Source: Octopus bimaculoides
Lineage: Eukaryota
Length of the DNA: 44,564 bases
Reading direction: 5' to 3'
Assembly (NCBI RefSeq): GCF_001194135.2
Contig: NC_068988.1
Location: forward strand, 22,739,187 to 22,783,750
Within the stretch, counting starts at the first letter, position 1; each line of letters opens with the position of its first letter. The notes under the pieces are model-generated. The model was not told the origin of the DNA, did not search any database, and worked only from the letters and a program-made list of their open reading frames with translations. The position numbers and the translations under genes were made by a program. Below, in pieces: positions 34,827 through 44,564 of the stretch.

Positions 34827-35446
34827 ATATATTATATACATCTAATATATAACTCCCATCCTGTCTGTCTGTGTGCTTATAACGCGAGTATTGTTTAGTG
34901 GCTCAATACGATTATCTAACTTAAAACAACAATTGTCAAATGCATAAAGCCAAAGAACTGTTAATACATACATATATACATACATATAGAGGTCTCCCTC
35001 ATTGGCACATACATACATAAGACAGCAAGGTGTGATTTGAAGAAGATTTGACTGTTATTTCTACCAGGTCTGGCTACCATGTAGAGGTCTTCCTCATTAT
35101 CTCATCTCATATATAAATCCTGTTCTGTCTGTCTGTCTGTTTTTTTGTGCGCTTATAATTCGAGTATTGTTCATCCGATCGCGCTGAAATTTTAAACAGT
35201 TATACGTACAAATTTTACCTGAGTTAACAGGTGAAACCGCATCGGAACATGAGTCACGAAGAAGAGCGGCTCTCGCCTACACGCTACTTCAAGATAAACG
35301 GTGCAGAAAATACATTCAAACACACTGAAAGTTTGGGCTCCAGCATGGCCCCACCCTTTAGCTGAAACCAGTAACAGGTACACACACATAGAAACATATA
35401 CATACATACACGCACACACACAAACATGCACAAAAATACACATACA

Positions 35447-35482
<36 letters not shown>

Positions 35483-36514
35483 NNNNNNNNNNNNNNNNNN
35501 NNNNNNNNNNNNNNNNNNNNNNNNNNNNNNNNNNNNNNNNNNNNNNNNNNNNNNNNNNNNNNNNNNNNNNNNNNNNNNNNNNNNNNNNNNNNNNNNNNNN
35601 NNNNNNNNNNNNNNNNNNNNNNNNNNNNNNNNNNNNNNNNNNNNNNNNNNNNNNNNNNNNNNNNNNNNNNNNNNNNNNNNNNNNNNNNNNNNNNNNNNNN
35701 NNNNNNNNNNNNNNNNNNNNNNNNNNNNNNNNNNNNNNNNNNNNNNNNNNNNNNNNNNNNNNNNNNNNNNNNNNNNNNNNNNNNNNNNNNNNNNNNNNNN
35801 NNNNNNNNNNNNNNNNNNNNNNNNNNNNNNNNNNNNNNNNNNNNNNNNNNNNNNNNNNNNNNNNNNNNNNNNNNNNNNNNNNNNNNNNNNNNNNNNNNNN
35901 NNNNNNNNNNNNNNNNNNNNNNNNNNNNNNNNNNNNNNNNNNNNNNNNNNNNNNNNNNNNNNNNNNNNNNNNNNNNNNNNNNNNNNNNNNNNNNNNNNNN
36001 NNNNNAGTGAAGTAATTCATGACTGGCCCCGATCAGCATCGGGGTTACCTAACTCACTTTCTTCTTTCAATATTTCTTATTTAAAACACATTTTTCCATT
36101 AACACGATACTACTGAGAGACTCAGTTAATATGTTGGCGCCATTTGTTATACTTATCAAATAACTCTAACTTGCGTAAATTGGCTTCCGTTATTAACTCA
36201 CTTCCGTCACCTTATATTCTCGATATGCACAAATACACATAAAACAGTCGCATACCACGTTTTCGCATTGGTGCACACATGGGAGTAAAATCCCACACTT
36301 GCATAACCCAGATATACACAACGGCAAAGCGTAAGTAAACATGTGTGCACTGAAATGTGTGAATAGAAATTATTGTTCGTGCACAGACCGTCTACATACA
36401 TACATTCATACTTACATTTAAATGAATCTATGTATGCATGAACATATAAATGTATATATGTGTGCGTGTCTGTATGTGTATGTGTATATATATATGTGTG
36501 TGAGCGTCCGTGTA

Positions 36515-36557
<43 letters not shown>

Positions 36558-37096
36558 GAGAGATTTGATCCCTAAGGAGTCTAATTTAGATTTTTGCGGT
36601 CAAATCTCCTGNNNNNNNNNNNNNNNNNNNNNNNNNNNNNNNNNNNNNNNNNNNNNNNNNNNNNNNNNNNNNNNNNNNNNNNNNNNNNNNNNNNNNNNNN
36701 NNNNNNNNNNNNNNNNNNNNNNNNNNNNNNNNNNNNNNNNNNNNNNNNNNNNNNNNNNNNNNNNNNNNNNNNNNNNNNNNNNNNNNNNNNNNNNNNNNNN
36801 NNNNNNNNNNNNNNNNNNNNNNNNNNNNNNNNNNNNNNNNNNNNNNNNNNNNNNNNNNNNNNNNNNNNNNNNNNNNNNNNNNNNNNNNNNNNNNNNNNNN
36901 NNNNNNNNNNNNNNNNNNNNNNNNNNNNNNNNNNNNNNNNNNNNNNNNNNNNNNNNNNNNNNNNNNNNNNNNNNNNNNNNNNNNNNNNNNNNNNNNNNNN
37001 NNNNNNNNNTGATACAGATATGGTGCATGTAGTGCGCCGCCTCTCGGACGGTGTCCGGTGCACTCTCGGCGGCCCTACAAAATCCGAGTGCGTAAC

Positions 37097-38112
37097 ATGG
37101 AAATATTCAAAGAGCATTTAAAGCATGTAATGCTTTATGAGTATAAAAAAAGGAAACTCTGCAGCCGAAGCGACTCGAAACATGCACTCAGTTTATGGGA
37201 AAGAATGCTTGAGTGAAAGAACTTGCAGAAGATGTTTTTCAAACTTCAGAAATGGAGATTTCAGCCTTGAAGATGAAGATCGAACAGGACATCCAGTTGA
37301 ATTTCATGATAAGCTCCTTGAGGCATTACTTGAAGAAAATCCTGCATTATCAGTTGAAGAATTAGCAATAAAACTTAGTTCAAACCATACAACTGTTCAT
37401 CGTCATCTTCAAAAACTTGGAAACGTTCCTAAACTTGGAAAATGGGGGGCTCATGAATTGTCCGAAAGCAACTGCAAATCTTGAGTTGACATCTGCTCTT
37501 ATCTCCATTCTCACGAATTCATTTCACCCTTTTTGGCTAGACTTGTGACTGGTGACGTAAAATGGATCTTCTATCGAAATGTTAAACGTCGTAAACAGTG
37601 GGTTGGTAAAAGCGGAAAAAGCTCAACCACAAAAGAGAAGGGAACTTCATGGGAAAAACGTTCTTCTCTCTATCTGGTGGGATTGCAAAGGAGTAATTCA
37701 CTTTGAATTGTTACCACCTCATGCAACTATCAATGCTCAAAGCAATTAGAGCGTTTGAACCAAGCTTTGAAGGAAAAAATACCCGCTTTAGTGATTCGAA
37801 AAGGAGTGATGTTTCATCAGGAAATTCGCGACTCCACACTACAAAGATCACATCACAGAAGATCGAAGAGCTTGGTTGAGAAAAAAATTCCTCATCAGCC
37901 TTATTCTCACTACCTTGCTCCTTCAGACTACCACTTGTTTCGTAGTTTACAGAATCATTTGGAGACTTAACTTTCGCAAGCCAGGGGGAGATTGAAACTG
38001 ACATTTCAGAGTTCTTCGCTTTGAAACCAAAAGAGTTTTACATTGATGGTATTAAAAAGCTTGTAAGTAGATGGATGGAAGTCAGAGATAATAGATAATC
38101 ATTGATGATTAA
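37097..38112 (+). pseudogene. Near full-length mariner (D,D34D-type) transposase pseudogene
   Basis: MEIFKEHLKHVMLYEYKK/GNSAAEATRNMHSVYG...FRNGDFSLEDEDRTGHP...KLGKWGAHEL...LVTGDVKWIFY...VLLSIWWDCKGVIHFELLP...PHQPYSHYLAPSDYHLFRSLQNHL...FYIDGIKKLVSRW: degenerate WVPHEL, TGDEKW and YSPDLAPSDYHLF motifs with several frameshifts and stops. Confidence 0.95.
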
Positions 38113-39180
38113 ATTTCAATTAATTGATCACTTGTTTACTTATGTAAATTTTAACAGGTGAAACCATGGTACGTAGGTTAATGGATTTTTTATTTAGTAT
38201 TTTTTCATTTGTCTTGCCCTTTTACAATATGTTGTGTCGCTGAATTTTTACTGAGAACATATATTTTTTTCGTGGTTAGATGATTCGGCATCTATTTCTA
38301 GCATATAGGAGTCCACTTTTGCTGGTCCTTCCTCTTATTTTTGTATGTAATATAATTTTAATCTTCGGATTTTTTTAATATGCTAGACCACTGGTTTTAA
38401 TTGGTTAATATCAATTTCTACCCTCATTAATAAATTTTATATACATACATACATACATACATACATACATACGTACATACACATGGTGAGCTTCCACACA
38501 GTTTTCATCTCCCAAATTCCCACAGGAGGCATTTGTCTAAGTAAGCCGAAACTACATGTTTGCAAAACGAACTTCAGATTTTAAAAAAGCGGAAACAACA
38601 TATTGTACAACGTATCCCCTGTGTAGAGAAACGCAGGAGGAATATACCACAACGTCTTTCATTATGGATCTGCTACATCAAGCAAATCAATATAGAGTTT
38701 GAAATCAGCAGCAACACTTCAACTTACATTTATGTAGTGTATCTACTTATGATTATGGTCTATGATGTTTGTTGTTGAAATACATGTCAGTGGCCTCTCT
38801 ATGTTATTTCTATTACCTTATGTTCGTTTCATTTATACAAATTACCTAGACCACAGATTTATTCTACTCTTTTTTCACATGTGTCTAAGAGTCCCATCTG
38901 CTGGAGACGAGGTAAGAAAACTACTGTGTTGATGACGCTTATTGAGGGAGGAAAAGTTATTCAAATACAGGCCACTCTAAAATTTTTTCGGTTCATTTGA
39001 GTGTATATGTGTGTGTGTATACTTACAAGGAAAAGTTTCACCACAGAGTGGCTTCCTCAGACTGTCAGCCTTTTACTTGCATGTGTAAATTTTAAAAACT
39101 ACTGTAATACATTGAGGGTATGTACCTTCAAGTTGCTGTTTGATTTTTTTTTTCATATGTGTATGATTGTACCTGTGAAA

Positions 39181-39495
39181 GCGCATGGCTCAAAGATTAG
39201 AGCTCGCAATCATGAGCTAGTGATTTCGATTCCTGGACCGAGCTGTATGTTGTGCTCTTGAGCAAGACACTTTATTTCACGTTGCTCCAGTTCACCCAGT
39301 TGTCGAAATGAGTTACGATGTCAATGGTAGGAAGCTATATCGGGCTTTGCCTTTCCTTTGTATAACATCGGTGGCTCGTAGAGGGGAGGCTGGTATACAT
39401 GGGCAACTGCTGGTCTTTCGTGAAAAAACAGAAAACAACCCTGCCTGGAGCTACGCCTCGGAGGGGAACTTTCTAAATGCAATCCCATGGTCATT
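39181..39495 (+). mobile_element. SINE family D (tRNA-derived head, cttgagcaagacact central module)
   Basis: Degenerate A-box gcatggctcaaagattagagc, B-box gatttcgattcc, central gtgctcttgagcaagacactttatttcacgttgctccag resembling conserved SINE cores; single copy in the window. Confidence 0.65.
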
Positions 39496-40722
39496 TTATT
39501 TTTACTTTATGATGGTATGTAAAATTCTCATATGCATAAACCTATACGCGCTAACAAGAAAGCTACACATATGCACATACAGACACATATATAAATATGT
39601 GTATGCTGCGATGCGTATGTGTGTGTGTGTGTGTATGTGTGTATGTGTGTGTGTGAATATGGTGCATGAACAGGTGTCCATTTATTAATGTTCACAGTCA
39701 GTGCATACATATGTGTGTGTATACGTGTTCTAATAAATGCGTATATAATCAACTGTGCGATTTTAATTACAGCTGAGCAATTTTATCCGGCTCAATCCTT
39801 CACATTATCTTGTCTATTAAAAAGGAAAAATAATTACAAACATTAACACTGCGGAAACCATCCGTTGTGGAATGGAAATGATGCGGAGACTAATCAATAG
39901 AAATAACAAGCGAAAGGTGTTACTAACATAGATCTAGCCATCACCACGTTCCCCAAACTACACATGTACTGCAGCTGTGAATTGTGGGTAAAATATTGGC
40001 TAATTATGTTTATATCTTTATCGTTTGGATTTATGTATTTATTTGTATATTTATTATTGTCACATTAGTATGTTTCCGGAAGCAGGCATCCGGTGCAGTG
40101 TAAGGCATCTGTCTAGTCTTGTCGAGACTTGTTCTAGGAGAATGAGTGAAACTGTTCATGGAAATAGAGAAATCTGGACAGTCAGATAGAGTGATTAGGA
40201 AAACAGACACACACACACATACATGCACACACACTCACGCATGCACATACATATTTAAACAGATATACGCAGGCGTACACGTACAAACACATATGCACTT
40301 ACATTCACACACAAGCATACACACATGCAAATAGAAAAAGCACGGACAAACGTACACTCACATACACACAGGCGTAGATATTTCAAAGCTATATATTTAT
40401 GCGTGCGTGTGAATGTATACAACTGTATGTGAGTGTGTGTGTATGTGTGTGTTGTATATAATTATTCCTCTATTTATATATGAAGTAACAGTGAAATAGG
40501 CTCACGAGTAGCAGATTCTAAAAAAACATAAATGAATTAGAAACTCAAACGAAACACGTGTTTGAAGCTAGATCCATTAGGTACGTTTCTGTAGATTTAT
40601 AGATAGTTAGATCCACGATGTTTTAGCTGACATGCATTAGATTTTAAAACTTATAACGGAACAGTGATTCGCAAACAAGAAGAGGAAGAAGAAAATCTTT
40701 TATCATGATGTGATAGATCTGA

Positions 40723-40880
40723 CGACGGGCTTCTTTCAGTTTCCGTCTACCACATCCACTCACAAGGCTTTGGTTGTCCTGTGGCTATAGTAGAAAACAC
40801 TTGCTCAAGATGCCACGCAGTAGGACTGAACCCGGAACCATGTGGTTGGTAAGCAAGCTACTTACCACACAGCCACTCCT
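40723..40880 (-). mobile_element. SINE family B head, well preserved, no tail
   Basis: Close reverse-complement match to 20316-20472. Confidence 0.9.
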
Positions 40881-41103
40881 AGACAATCTTTTCCGCTTCT
40901 CTCCTTCAGTATCCCTACATTTTCAGCTTTGATGCCTTGCATTTTTTTCCAGAAAGGAAAGCCTCTCTCTCCCATCTCTTGTCAGGTTTTGAATTGTCAT
41001 CACAGCTTCTATAATTTTGATATTGTTCTTGGTAGGACTTACCAAGAATTCCCTCGAAATTGCTCCAAAATCCCCCAAAATTTGAACCCATTATCATTAT
41101 CTT

Positions 41104-41365
41104 TAGGACTGAGCTGCCAGAATTGTTAGCACGCCGGACAAAATGCTTAGCGGCATTTCATCCGTCCTTACTTTCTGAGTCCAAATTCCGCAGAGGTCCA
41201 CTTTGCCTGTCATTCTTTCGGAGTCGATGAATTAAGTACCAGTTGAGCATTGGGGTGAATCTGATCGACTAGTCCCCTCCCCCAAATTTCAGGCATTGTG
41301 CCTATCGTAGTAAGGATAATAATAATAACAATAATAATAATAATAATGATAATAATAATAATAAT
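41104..41365 (+). mobile_element. SINE family A copy (tail A2) with (AAT)n/(ATT)n tail
   Basis: gagctgccagaattgttagcacgccggacaaaatgcttagcggcatttc...gactagtcccctcccccaaatttcaggcattgtgcc then (AAT)n. Confidence 0.88.
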
Positions 41366-42589
41366 TATTATTATTATCGTTACGTTGTAGGTCTAGAAAT
41401 CTCGTCGGCTCTGTTCGATCTCATGCTGTAGAGTACTGGATTGCATTAAAACAAACAAATATCATTCAGACACTTGTTTCATTTAATGTAATTCTCCCCA
41501 CCTTCACCACCAAAACTACCACTTACCATTATTTAAGTAAATCATAACAGTGAAATCACAGAAAACTAATGATATTCTACGTCTGAAAATCGTTATACAA
41601 TATTTCAAACATAATAATAAAGTTCATATGACGAAAAAGACAAGTTACACTTTTAAGCTAGAGACATTTAACTAGAATATCATTTTGCTTATAATTCAGA
41701 AGCTATTAAATCATTTCGTTTCCAGGTTTGTTCAATAAATTCCAACATATTTCCATTTGCCGCGGGGCTCATATCTAACTTGTGCTTATATCATATTGAA
41801 ACCTAGTTCATTAAAACCGGATATGTTGAAATGCTGGTAGGATTAGAAGAAGTTTTATTTAATACTGAATAATAGCAGAGCGAAACATTCTAGCAAATTG
41901 TTGAAATCGATTTGTGAACCAGGTTTCACTATAATGATATATAAATCTTTGAACGGTGTCTCTCATTCACTACTAATACCGATATATTGTTTAACCTCGC
42001 CATAACGGAATATTCTGTGTTAAATTTCGAATTCCACGTGAAATCTCTTTATCAGTTGTCACACTAAACCCGTTTTAATTTAATATTTCTATTTACCACA
42101 GGTAATGTTCATGTGACGAAACATGCCATCACGCAATGAAAACTTGTGCCAAATCTACTATTCTATCTATATTTCTCTTTTCCCACCACTTTCTCTTTTT
42201 GGTATTTATTTTCTTGTTATCTCTAAATCTTTTCTCTTGCCAACTACAGTTGGTCCATGTCTGAGATTCTTAGTCGTTATGCATTAGCCTTGACCACGTG
42301 TGTTTGAAAAGGGGACCAACGAAATCGTTTACACACAATGTACACGTTATACGAAAATTTATTTCCCAAAGATTTGTGGCATTCTGATCCTTCAGTAGTT
42401 TTCAAGTAGTTAATAACTTTTAAAAATGCTTTCTTTAAATGTTGTAACTGTATCAAGTATGTTTTCGCAAAAATCATTCAAATTTACATGTATTTTTATA
42501 TACATGTATATTTTAAAGTTTTTGTAAAACAACTACTTGACATATGTACATACACATATATATTTATCTATATATAAGTATACACGTGG

Positions 42590-42628
<39 letters not shown>

Positions 42629-42629
<1 letters not shown>

Positions 42630-43095
42630 ACGGTGTTTCAAAAAAATGATATCATTTCGCAATGTAATAACTTTGTCAGTTCTTGTTCAAATGACTTCAA
42701 ATTTAACAGCATGTGTAGAAACAGGTCAAAATTTTGTTTAATGTTTGATATGTTTACATTTTCAGGTATAGAAATACCATTCAATGGAAGAGAGAAGGCG
42801 TTTTGTGTTGGAGTATGTTCGAACACAGCTCGAACAAGACTGTGCAGCATGCATTTGTGTGAGAGTTCTCTAAAAAGTCACCAACGGAAATGCAGATGTG
42901 GACATGGTACAAAAAATTCAAGGAGGAAGGCTGTCTGTGCAGAGCAAAAGGATCTGGATGACCATTAACATCGGAAAAGACGGTCGAGCGGATTCGCCAA
43001 AAACTCTTGTGAAGCCCAGAGAAGTCCACAAGAAGAACAAGTCTAGAAACCTAGATTCCTCCAACGTCAGTTTGGAGCGTCCTGAGGAAACGCTT
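42629..43095 (+). mobile_element. 5' half of a Tc1/mariner-superfamily element (maT/DD37D-like HTH N-terminus), decayed, inserted in (TA)n
   Basis: TIR-like CACGGTGTTTCAAAAA after (TA)n; translation REKAFC/LEYVRTQ/SNKTVQHAFV*EFSKKSPT..MWTWYKKFKEEGCLCRAKGSG*P.TSEKTVERIRQKLL*SPEKSTRRTSLET*IPPTSVWSVLRKRL. Subfamily assignment is from recall; the catalytic domain is absent. Confidence 0.8.
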
Positions 43096-43582
43096 GAAAA
43101 TACATTTTCATCACCAGTTTAAAAAAATTCTCAGTTTAAAATTCGTTTAAAAAAAAGGTCGATATCATTGCATTTGAGATGCATATCGCAAATATTGATT
43201 CGTTGTGTTAAGTGAATCTCTTTCAATTTATGTGGAACCCAAATATCGAGCTTCTGAACGATTCCAAAACATTTTCCAAGTGATTGCTAATTGTTGTGTG
43301 TGATACATTTAATCTCTCTGCAACCTCTCGCACAGTCGTATGACAATCAGATTCAATTATGGATTTGATTCAGTCATCACCAACTTCAGTAGGTCGACCA
43401 AAACGTTGGTCATCTTTGAGTGAAAAATCTCCAGAATGGAATTTTTAAAACCATTTCTGATCTGTGTGTTCTTTTAAGTAATCAACATCATAAACTTCAC
43501 ATATCTCTTTGTGACACTCAGAAGCTTGCTTGCCTTTATGGAAATAAAAAAAAAAGGTAAAATATGGCTAAAATGTTCGACA
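43092..43582 (-). pseudogene. 5' half of a second mariner transposase (HTH to the first catalytic Asp)
   Basis: Minus strand EHFSHIL..FHKGKQASECHKEICEVY...KWF*KFHSGDFSLKDDQRFGRPTEV...TTVREVAERLNVSHTTISNHL/..KLDIWVPHKLKEIHLTQRINIC...FFKRI/TGDEN. Confidence 0.88.
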
Positions 43583-43713
43583 CTGGACTAACAGCTGTCA
43601 ACAAAATTGCGCGTAATTTTCTTCTAAAGTAAGCTAAAAGTAAAGGTTTTCAAATGTGAAAATGAAAAGATGACTTTCAAGTCCAAGTTTGGACATTCGT
43701 CGTGTTTGAATGT

Positions 43714-43930
43714 AAAAGCAGCGAGCAGGCAGAAACGTTAGCACGCCAGGTAAAATGATTAGCGGTATTTCGTCTGTCTTTACATTCTGAGTTCAAATTC
43801 CGCCGAGGTCGACTTTGTCTTTCATCCTTTCGGGGTCAATAAATTGAATATCAGTTGCGTGCTGGCGTCGATCTAATTGACTGGGCTCTTTCCCCAAAAT
43901 TTCGGCCCTTGTGCCCAAAGTAGATTAAAA
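43714..43930 (+). mobile_element. SINE family A copy (tail A2)
   Basis: gcagcgagcaggcagaaacgttagcacgccagg...gagttcaaattccgccgaggtcgactttgtctttcatcctttcggggtc. Confidence 0.9.
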
Positions 43931-44075
43931 AAAAATGGAAAAATTAGAGTCAAGAAGAAGGAGTACGGTTGGACATTTATTTATTATTCGCTACAACTGT
44001 TTAGACACGACAGGTATTTGGTTATGCGACTGTTTGGTTGCATAGTGAGATCTACTTGTGATTCTTCACGCGATA

Positions 44076-44200
44076 TACGAGGGTTGTCTCCGTTATTTTA
44101 AAATCGTTGATTTCAAGGCCATCTTTGTTCGCCGTAGTTTGAATTTAGTAGCGGCTGATAGAACCATGATGTTTTCCGCGAGGTCTCATTATGGAAACAA
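44076..44200 (+). mobile_element. Possible left end of a mariner-type element or MITE
   Basis: TA|CGAGGGTTGTC resembles mariner TIR starts; no matching right TIR or transposase within the window. Confidence 0.35.
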
Positions 44201-44218
44201 ACAGTTGCATAATCAAAT

Positions 44219-44277
44219 AATCTCTCAATGTCATCATTTCTCTCAATGTCATCAAATCTCTCAAATGTCATCATTTC
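44219..44277. repeat. Three imperfect copies of an 18-19-bp unit (tctctcaatgtcatca-tt/aa)
   Basis: Directly visible tandem minisatellite. Confidence 0.9.
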
Positions 44278-44564
44278 TAAAAATATACTTGGCAAAATTG
44301 TTAATTGTTAATTCTATTATTAATTGACGATTCCCTGCCCTCATTTCTTGTATATTTTATATTTGATATCTCTAAGTTAGATAGTTAAACCGTAACCCCT
44401 CCACACGGAACTTTTTTTCATACGGGACTATTTGTGGCGCACATGGAATGGATTTCTTTGGGGTGGGATGCCTGAACTCGCTAGCCGATGAATTCGTAAG
44501 TGCCTTTCTTATCGTTGATTTTTGGTGCCGCATGGCCAAGGATTACCGTGAATTTTTTTAGAGA

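Overview
Repeat-dense, AT-rich animal genomic DNA from a gapped short-read scaffold (14 N-gaps, roughly 5.7 kb, mostly bordered by (TA)n or other microsatellites). The SINE families, microsatellite load and transposon set are most consistent with an octopod cephalopod; this is an inference from my recall of these repeats, not from a search. No intact host protein-coding gene, rRNA, true tRNA or CRISPR array can be supported, and most ORFs in the supplied track are microsatellite or N-gap artefacts. Supported content: (i) about 20 copies of four tRNA-derived SINE families; (ii) a CR1/L2-group LINE 3' end, an R4/Dong-type RLE retrotransposon remnant and two Penelope-like (PLE) ORF fragments; (iii) four decayed Tc1/mariner transposases, one hAT-type MITE and one Tigger/pogo-type MITE; (iv) many simple and compound microsatellites. 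The most interesting signals are invisible in the ORF track: two minimal type I hammerhead-ribozyme motifs (19568-19612 minus strand with an intact catalytic core; 26766-26805 plus strand, just downstream of a PLE ORF), an RLE retrotransposon sitting between (ACAT)n arrays, a LINE and a SINE sharing a 3' stem-loop with compensatory substitutions, a bipartite SINE whose internal microsatellite acts as a landing pad, and a 51-bp near-perfect hairpin.
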